Source: Ignavibacteriota bacterium
GTDB lineage: Bacteria > Bacteroidota > Ignavibacteria > Palsa-1295
DNA: 64,000 nucleotides
Assembly (NCBI GenBank): GCA_963787835.1
Contig: CAWBEI010000003.1
Location: 352,001-416,000 of the forward strand
Direction: 5' to 3'
Shown here: positions 57,980 to 64,000 of the stretch, in pieces
Layout: each line of letters starts with the position of its first letter
How positions within the stretch are numbered: the first letter of the stretch is position 1
Translations under genes and position numbers: made by a program
The notes under the pieces: generated by a model
Told to the model about the DNA's origin: nothing
Database searches by the model: none
The model's input: the letters and a program-made list of their open reading frames with translations, nothing else

Positions 57980-58942
57980 TTATGAAGTATGGTTGATAGT
58001 TCCGAGGATTTCCTGTAATCGCTCGAATTCATCGAGCGAGTAAAACTGAATTGCGATCTCGCCGGTGTGGTCGGCTTTGATCCGAACTTTTACCTGCGTG
58101 CCGAGCGCATGCTGGAACGATGATTCGATCGCGCGAACGTTGCTCGATGGTTCGGAGCCATTTAAACTTGGTTCCGTAGGTGTCTCCTTCTTGGGCAAGT
58201 GTTCCTTTGGGGAGCTTCCATTCCGTGCAAGCGATTCCAACTTCCGAACCGAATAATGGTTACGGACAGCCTCATCCCACAGGGCATTTTGGCGAACTGG
58301 ATCCGCAATACCTAAGATGGCCTTTGCATGTCCGGTTCCAAGTGTGCCCGAGCGAAGGGAATCCTTGATACGCTCCGGAAGCTTCAGCAATCGAATGGAG
58401 TTCGCAACCGTCGTGCGATCTTTCGAAACGCGTGTTGCAACTTCTTCCTGCGCCAGGCCGCAATCTTCGATAAGGCGCTCATAAGCTTCTGCTTCTTCGA
58501 TCGGGTTTAGCTCGACGCGTTGCACATTCTCAACGATCGCCATTTCCAGCATTTTCCGGTCTGTTTCGACCTCGATAATGTAAGCTGGGATATTCGTAAG
58601 ACCCGCTTCTATCGAAGCACGTACGCGTCGCTCGCCGCTAATAAGCTCGAACCGGTCTCCAGCAACTTTTCGGACGGTGATCGGCTGAATGATGCCGTGC
58701 TCTTTGATCGATTCGGTAAGCTCTGCTAAATTTTCCGGAGAGAATTCCTTTCTCGGCTGGAGCGGATTGGGGGCTACACGCGCGATCTCGATCGCAGCAA
58801 TATGCGGCTCGTGTTGGTCGCGGACTCGCGCACCTTGGGCGGATTCGACCAGTTCGATACCGGAGTAACGCTCTTCGTCGTTGGCCGCGCCTGGTATAAG
58901 CGCGCTCAGACCCTTCCCTAATACCGATCGTGTTTTGGACAT
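57980..58942 (-). CDS. parB: Chromosome partitioning protein ParB
   Basis: LGKGLSALI, NPLQPRK, GIIQPI, ISGERRVRA and ENVQRVELNPIEEA. Confidence 0.96.
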   Translation of the reverse strand: MSKTRSVLGKGLSALIPGAANDEERYSGIELVESAQGARVRDQHEPHIAAIEIARVAPNPLQPRKEFSPENLAELTESIKEHGIIQPITVRKVAGDRFELISGERRVRASIEAGLTNIPAYIIEVETDRKMLEMAIVENVQRVELNPIEEAEAYERLIEDCGLAQEEVATRVSKDRTTVANSIRLLKLPERIKDSLRSGTLGTGHAKAILGIADPVRQNALWDEAVRNHYSVRKLESLARNGSSPKEHLPKKETPTEPSLNGSEPSSNVRAIESSFQHALGTQVKVRIKADHTGEIAIQFYSLDEFERLQEILGTINHTS

Positions 58943-58994
58943 GTTATGATAGAACCCTCCTTCTGGTGAAATAAGCTCCGAGATGCAACGAATA

Positions 58995-59807
58995 TTACGC
59001 TGTGGCCGGCTTTACGCGCGCTACGCCATGTTTCTCCGAAAGCGGCGGATTCCGCCGAACGACTTCGGCCGCAAGATCGAGATAGTTCTTCGTGCCGTTC
59101 GAGGCAGCATCGTACAACACAACGGGCAACCCAAAACTCGGAGCCTCTGAAAGCCGCACGTTGCGCACGATCAGAGTATTAAATACTTTTTCTCCAAAGT
59201 ATTTTCTTACTTCTTCCACCACCTGATTGGAGAGCTTAAGCCGGCTATCGTACATGGTCAGCAACACACCCTCGATGTCAAGCCGGCTGTTCAAATGCCG
59301 CTTCACGATGTTGATCGTATTGAGTAGCTGGCCTAGTCCTTCGAGCGCATAATATTCACATTGAACAGGGATGAGGACGCTATCGCATGCGGTCAGTGCG
59401 TTCACAGTCAAAAGGCTGAGCGAAGGAGGACAGTCGATCAGGATAACATCATATTTATCACGGATTGGCGCAAGCGCCTTCGTCATAATATACTCCCGCT
59501 CTGGGACATCGATGAGTTCAACTTCCGCACCGACAAGATTGATGTGGGAAGGAATCAGATCGAGGTTCGGGACGCCGGTCGATATGACTGCATCTTCTGC
59601 ATTCCCCGTATTAACAAGAACCTCATAGATGGTCTTGGTCAGCGTTTTAGGATCGACTCCGATCCCGCTCGTGGCATTGGCCTGGGCATCGATGTCGATG
59701 AGCAGCGTCTTATACTCCCCTACCGCAAGCGATGCAGCAAGATTGACCGCGGTCGTCGTTTTCCCGACACCGCCCTTCTGATTCGCGATCGTAATTATTT
59801 TTCCCAT
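58995..59807 (-). CDS. parA: Chromosome partitioning ATPase ParA/Soj
   Basis: [32 protein letters not shown] and [12 protein letters not shown]. Confidence 0.96.
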   Translation of the reverse strand: MGKIITIANQKGGVGKTTTAVNLAASLAVGEYKTLLIDIDAQANATSGIGVDPKTLTKTIYEVLVNTGNAEDAVISTGVPNLDLIPSHINLVGAEVELIDVPEREYIMTKALAPIRDKYDVILIDCPPSLSLLTVNALTACDSVLIPVQCEYYALEGLGQLLNTINIVKRHLNSRLDIEGVLLTMYDSRLKLSNQVVEEVRKYFGEKVFNTLIVRNVRLSEAPSFGLPVVLYDAASNGTKNYLDLAAEVVRRNPPLSEKHGVARVKPATA

Positions 59808-59904
59808 GCGTGAATACATAACGCACGGGAGCGGTTAGCTGTTCAGATTTATTCCCGAGACATCAATTCTCTCACGTAACATGATCAGCTTCGATCAGTT
59901 ATCA

Positions 59905-60309
59905 TCACCAAATTGTCAATTCAAGCCCATCGACGTATCCAAAATGGCGGTCTTTGGTTGCCAGCGCGATCTCGTTTTGCAGTGCGATCGCGGCAATCCA
60001 AATATCATTGTCAGGAATGGGCCGACCGATTTGCTTCAGCTTGAACCGTATTGTTCCATACCAATCGGCAGTCTCCTCGTCGATCCCGAGTACTTCAACA
60101 TTTCTGAGAAAATGATGAAGCCTCCGGATATTCGATTCGACCCGAATGGAGTTATAGGCTCCAAAATAAAGTTCACCCAACACGGGAGCGGGAATTAAGA
60201 TTTGATTATGAACGAAGATATCCTCCTGCAAAGGAAGATCGCCGATAATATCGATCAGGCAATTGGAGTCGAGAAGTAGTTTACCAGCCTTCGGGGTCGA
60301 TACGCTCAC
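59905..60309 (-). CDS. vapC: VapC-family PIN-domain toxin
   Basis: LLDSN, VLGELYFGA, GRPIPDNDIWIAAIA and TKDRHF; start uncertain (GTG 60309). Confidence 0.88.
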   Translation of the reverse strand: MSVSTPKAGKLLLDSNCLIDIIGDLPLQEDIFVHNQILIPAPVLGELYFGAYNSIRVESNIRRLHHFLRNVEVLGIDEETADWYGTIRFKLKQIGRPIPDNDIWIAAIALQNEIALATKDRHFGYVDGLELTIW

Positions 60310-60514
60310 ATTCTTCCTCAATCGCTTTCTTCATGGCTTCGGCTTCTTCCTGAGAGATGATGCCACGATATTTTTTCATTTCATCCCAAGACAAACCTTC
60401 CGGAAATTTGGAAACAGTTAATCTGCGTGCGAATTTAAGTACACGCTCCTGCTGATCGGGCCGAAGGTGGTCGATCTCTTGCAAAAGCTCGTGATGTATT
60501 TCTGCTGCAGACAT
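60281..60514 (-). CDS. Putative antitoxin upstream of vapC
   Basis: 77-aa ORF overlapping the PIN gene: ELLQEIDHLRPDQQERVLKFARRL...ISQEEAEAMKKAIEEECERID. Confidence 0.75.
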   Translation of the reverse strand: MSAAEIHHELLQEIDHLRPDQQERVLKFARRLTVSKFPEGLSWDEMKKYRGIISQEEAEAMKKAIEEECERIDPEGW

Positions 60515-60621
60515 TTCGCTTCCTCTTTGGTGGTAACCAATAAGCTACTAAATTTGTGCCGACCACCTCCCCGCGCAATAAGCCCGCCAACCCGCTGCAG
60601 TGGGAGGCTGTATAAAAATAA

Positions 60622-61224
60622 TTATTCGATGCTTTGTCCCACTACCCAAAGCATCTTGTCTGTTAGCCGATTTCGCCGTATTGTTTCAATTCGTGACAAT
60701 GATGATATGAAGGAAGATTCGATACCTATGACGAAAGGTGCTATCTTTTCAATAAGGTAGTCCAAGGTTTGCTTCTTTTCTTCTCCAAAAATCTCGACCC
60801 TATTTTTATACTCAGAATATATATTGTTTTTCTGACCGAGAGTTTTCCGGGCGAGTGCATCCATGGGAAGAATTTTCCATGGGTTATTCAAGAAAAGAAC
60901 CTTCGACGCTAATGAGCTAAGAGTTGCACCACGACTAATATCTTCAGTCTTAAGTTTCTGAGCAAACCCATCAATGTCATCACAGCTTTCTTGCGAACAC
61001 CACTCCTTGGTCAAGTGCAACAGTTCTTCAGAACTTCCTTGACGAATGTTTCTTGCTATTCTAAACTCAACCAAAAAATTATAGAATGATCCTCGCAACT
61101 TTGAAGAATAATCATTCAAGGGAATTTGGCCATCTAAAAAGCGACGAAAGTTATCGATGTACTCAAGATCAGTCTGGTAGTATCTTAGGAATTCTCCAAT
61201 TACTTTTACTTCTCTCTCCGTCAT
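60622..61224 (-). CDS. AT-rich hypothetical protein (possible HhH-GPD/glycosylase-like fold)
   Basis: Likely start ATG 61224; SLASKVLFLNNPWKILPMDALARKTL motif; visibly more AT-rich than its flanks. Confidence 0.6.
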   Translation of the reverse strand: MTEREVKVIGEFLRYYQTDLEYIDNFRRFLDGQIPLNDYSSKLRGSFYNFLVEFRIARNIRQGSSEELLHLTKEWCSQESCDDIDGFAQKLKTEDISRGATLSSLASKVLFLNNPWKILPMDALARKTLGQKNNIYSEYKNRVEIFGEEKKQTLDYLIEKIAPFVIGIESSFISSLSRIETIRRNRLTDKMLWVVGQSIE

Positions 61225-61237
61225 GATTTCTTCACCC

Positions 61238-64000
61238 TCACACCAATTCCGCCTTTGCATCCAACGCATTCGCATGTTCATACGCTTCCATTGGCGGGCA
61301 GGTGCAAACAAGCGTACGGTCGCCATACGCATTATTGACACGCCCGACGCTGGGCCAGAATTTATTTTGTCGTAAACCATGCACGGGGTATGCGGCCTTT
61401 TCACGCGAATAGGGATGAGACCAGTGATCCGAGATCACGGATTCTGCTGTATGCGGAGCATTCTTTAGCGGGTTATCCTTGGGATCCATTACTCCATTGG
61501 CGACCGCCTCGATCTCTTCTCGAATGGCGATCATGGCATCGCAAAATCGGTCGAGCTCTTCGATCGGCTCGCTTTCTGTCGGCTCGACCATCAGAGTTCC
61601 AGCAACTGGAAAGGAAAGAGTTGGCGCATGGAACCCATAATCCATCAATCGCTTCGCAATATCTTCGACATCGACGCCAATGGATTTGAATCCGCGCATA
61701 TCGAGTATCATTTCGTGCGCCACACGGCCATGCGATCCTACATAGAGCGTCGGAAAATGTTTTTGTAATCTCGCTTTAATATAATTGGCATTCAGGATAG
61801 CAAATTGAGACGCCCGCGTAAGTCCTTCAGCACCCATCATCGCAATGTATGCGTAGGAAATAAGCAGAATGCTGGCACTTCCCCACGGCGCTGCACTGAC
61901 TGCGCCGATGCCATGTTCGCCACCGGTTCGAACGACTGCATGGGTTGGAAGAAAACGCGCAAGATGCTGCGCTACCCCGATCGGTCCCATGCCTGGGCCA
62001 CCGCCGCCATGAGGAATACAGAACGTCTTGTGCAAATTAAGATGGCATACATCCGCACCGATCGCTGCCGGGTTGGTCAACCCAACCTGCGCATTCATGT
62101 TAGCACCATCCATATAGACTTGGCCGCCATTATCATGGATGATCTTGCAAATATCCTTGATGCTTTCTTCAAACACGCCGTGGGTCGAAGGATACGTTAC
62201 CATCAGGCCTGCTAATTCATGCTTGCTGGCCTCCGCTTTAGCACGGAGATCCTCGACATCGATATTCCCTCGCTCATCCGTCTTAACGACGGATACACGC
62301 ATACCGGCCATAATGGCACTCGCGGGATTCGTTCCATGCGCCGAAGCAGGAATGAGCACAAGGTCGCGATGCGACTCCCGGCGAGACTTATGATATTCAC
62401 GGATCACCAGTAAGCCCGCATACTCCCCTTGCGCGCCGGCGTTGGGTTGCAAGGAAACAGCATCGAATCCAGTGATCTGCTTTAGCATCGATTCCAGCTC
62501 GTCGAACATTTCCAGATAGCCTTCTGCCTGTTCCAGCGGCACGAATGGATGAAGCGAGCCGAACGACCTCCACGTAATGGGAATCATTTCTGCCGTTGCA
62601 TTTAACTTCATCGTGCAACTGCCGAGCGGGATCATCCCGTGAGCCAGCGAAAAATCTTTGTTTTCGAGTAGCTTCAAATACCGAAGCATCTCGGTTTCGG
62701 AGTGATGCCGATTGAACGTGGGATGCGTGAGATACCCGGATGTACGCTTGAATGGCTCATCGTAGGTCGTATGCAGTTTCTGAGCGAGTGCAGGAAGGTA
62801 GGCCATCACGCCATCGGATGATGAAAGCGCATGTTCGAACACACTGAGGATCGCGGAAACATCGTGCATGGTCGTTGTTTCATCGAGCGAAATACCAATG
62901 GCGCGCTCATCGAAATCACGGAAATTCATTCGCGCTTTATGGGACTCCCGGCGGATTGCTTCAAGATGTGCCACGCTTTCCACTTCGATCTTCAGCGTAT
63001 CGAAGAACCGTTGGTTCCGGATTGGGAACCCTATTTCTTTTAAACCTTCGCTCAGCAGCATGGTAAGAGCGTGGATGCGCTCGGCGATCGAGCGAAGTCC
63101 TTTCGGGCCATGATACACGGCATACATCGCAGAGATATTCGCAAGCAGGGCCTGCGCAGTGCAAATATTGCTCGTTGCTTTGTCACGGCGAATATGCTGT
63201 TCGCGCGTTTGCAGCGCCATCCGGTACGCCGGGTTCCCGTACGAATCGATCGTGAGGCCAATGATACGTCCCGGCATCGACCGTTTAAATTCATCGCGCG
63301 TAGCGAAAAATGCAGCATGGGGTCCGCCGTAACCCATCGGTACCCCGAACCGCTGTGATGTCCCAACAGCAACATCTGCACCGAATTCGGCGGGCGGTGT
63401 AAGCAGAAGCAAACTCATAAGGTCACAATCAACGGCTACCAGACTGCCATTGGCATGAGCTGCGTCGCAGAATGCCCGATAATCGTAGATCTCTCCATCG
63501 CCGGCGGGATACTGCACAATAGCGCCAAAAATGTTGGGGTTCCATTCGAGCATTTCGTGATCGCCAACTAAAATTTCTACGCCGATGGCACTTGCGCGTG
63601 TTCGAAGTACATCGAGCGTTTGCGGAAAGATATTCTCTGAAACGAACAACGTTCGGGCTTCATCTTTCTTATGAACTGCCAGCATCAGATGCATGGCCTC
63701 GGCCGCGGCAGTGCCTTCATCGAGCAGCGAAGCATTCGCGATCTCAAGGCCGGTAAGATCAACGATCATCGTCTGAAAATTCACCAGCGATTCAAGGCGG
63801 CCTTGTGAGATCTCCGCCTGATACGGTGTGTACTGCGTGTACCAACCCGGATTCTCCAGTACATTTCGTAAAATGACGGGTGGCGTGATGGTATCGTAAT
63901 ACCCCATGCCAATATAGGATTTGAATACCTGATTTTTCTTCGCGAGCAATCCAACATGCGCGAGAAATTCCGTTTCCGTCATAGCTGGCTTGAGTTCCAG
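61238..64000 (-). CDS. gcvP: Glycine dehydrogenase (decarboxylating), 5' end outside the window
   Basis: [45 protein letters not shown] and [18 protein letters not shown]. Confidence 0.98.
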   Translation of the reverse strand: MELKPAMTETEFLAHVGLLAKKNQVFKSYIGMGYYDTITPPVILRNVLENPGWYTQYTPYQAEISQGRLESLVNFQTMIVDLTGLEIANASLLDEGTAAAEAMHLMLAVHKKDEARTLFVSENIFPQTLDVLRTRASAIGVEILVGDHEMLEWNPNIFGAIVQYPAGDGEIYDYRAFCDAAHANGSLVAVDCDLMSLLLLTPPAEFGADVAVGTSQRFGVPMGYGGPHAAFFATRDEFKRSMPGRIIGLTIDSYGNPAYRMALQTREQHIRRDKATSNICTAQALLANISAMYAVYHGPKGLRSIAERIHALTMLLSEGLKEIGFPIRNQRFFDTLKIEVESVAHLEAIRRESHKARMNFRDFDERAIGISLDETTTMHDVSAILSVFEHALSSSDGVMAYLPALAQKLHTTYDEPFKRTSGYLTHPTFNRHHSETEMLRYLKLLENKDFSLAHGMIPLGSCTMKLNATAEMIPITWRSFGSLHPFVPLEQAEGYLEMFDELESMLKQITGFDAVSLQPNAGAQGEYAGLLVIREYHKSRRESHRDLVLIPASAHGTNPASAIMAGMRVSVVKTDERGNIDVEDLRAKAEASKHELAGLMVTYPSTHGVFEESIKDICKIIHDNGGQVYMDGANMNAQVGLTNPAAIGADVCHLNLHKTFCIPHGGGGPGMGPIGVAQHLARFLPTHAVVRTGGEHGIGAVSAAPWGSASILLISYAYIAMMGAEGLTRASQFAILNANYIKARLQKHFPTLYVGSHGRVAHEMILDMRGFKSIGVDVEDIAKRLMDYGFHAPTLSFPVAGTLMVEPTESEPIEELDRFCDAMIAIREEIEAVANGVMDPKDNPLKNAPHTAESVISDHWSHPYSREKAAYPVHGLRQNKFWPSVGRVNNAYGDRTLVCTCPPMEAYEHANALDAKAELV

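Noticed and set aside
57980-59900. parS sites or oriC near parAB
   Set aside because: No TGTTTCACGTGAAACA-like palindrome or DnaA-box cluster was found by eye; only half-matches (e.g. TGTTCCAC near 38106).

Overview
Chromosomal segment of a bacterium from the Bacteroidota-Chlorobiota-Ignavibacteria lineage. A Kapabacteria/Ignavibacteria-like assignment is inferred from type IX secretion (T9SS) C-terminal sorting domains, porX/porQ-type genes, TAnnTTTG promoters and Gln-first mature proteins. Housekeeping genes (rsmI, PTPS/queD-family, folE, recO, pfkA, ssb, xerD, recJ, pssA, purSQ, three tatA-family genes, nadD, an Emr-type efflux operon, ridA, parAB, gcvP) are interleaved with seven T9SS cargo genes and two OmpA-family envelope proteins. 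Four genes are broken (three single-base indels, one in-frame TGA), most likely from sequencing errors. No rRNA, tRNA, CRISPR array, prophage or transposase was seen. The best candidates for something new are: (i) an ORF-less transcription unit with promoter, structured ~130-nt RNA and terminator, directly behind an orphan GacA/UvrY-like regulator with phased binding sites and convergent with an XRE gene; (ii) a 12-kb operon joining a PgpH-like HD phosphodiesterase, a GT-C glycosyltransferase, PorQ/PorV, PorX and a T9SS protease; (iii) a PorE-like protein with 21 curlin-like GNQNGN repeats; (iv) a recurring ECF-type promoter; (v) three families of small palindromic elements that abut or donate start/stop codons; and (vi) a CADD-type self-sacrificing pABA synthase.
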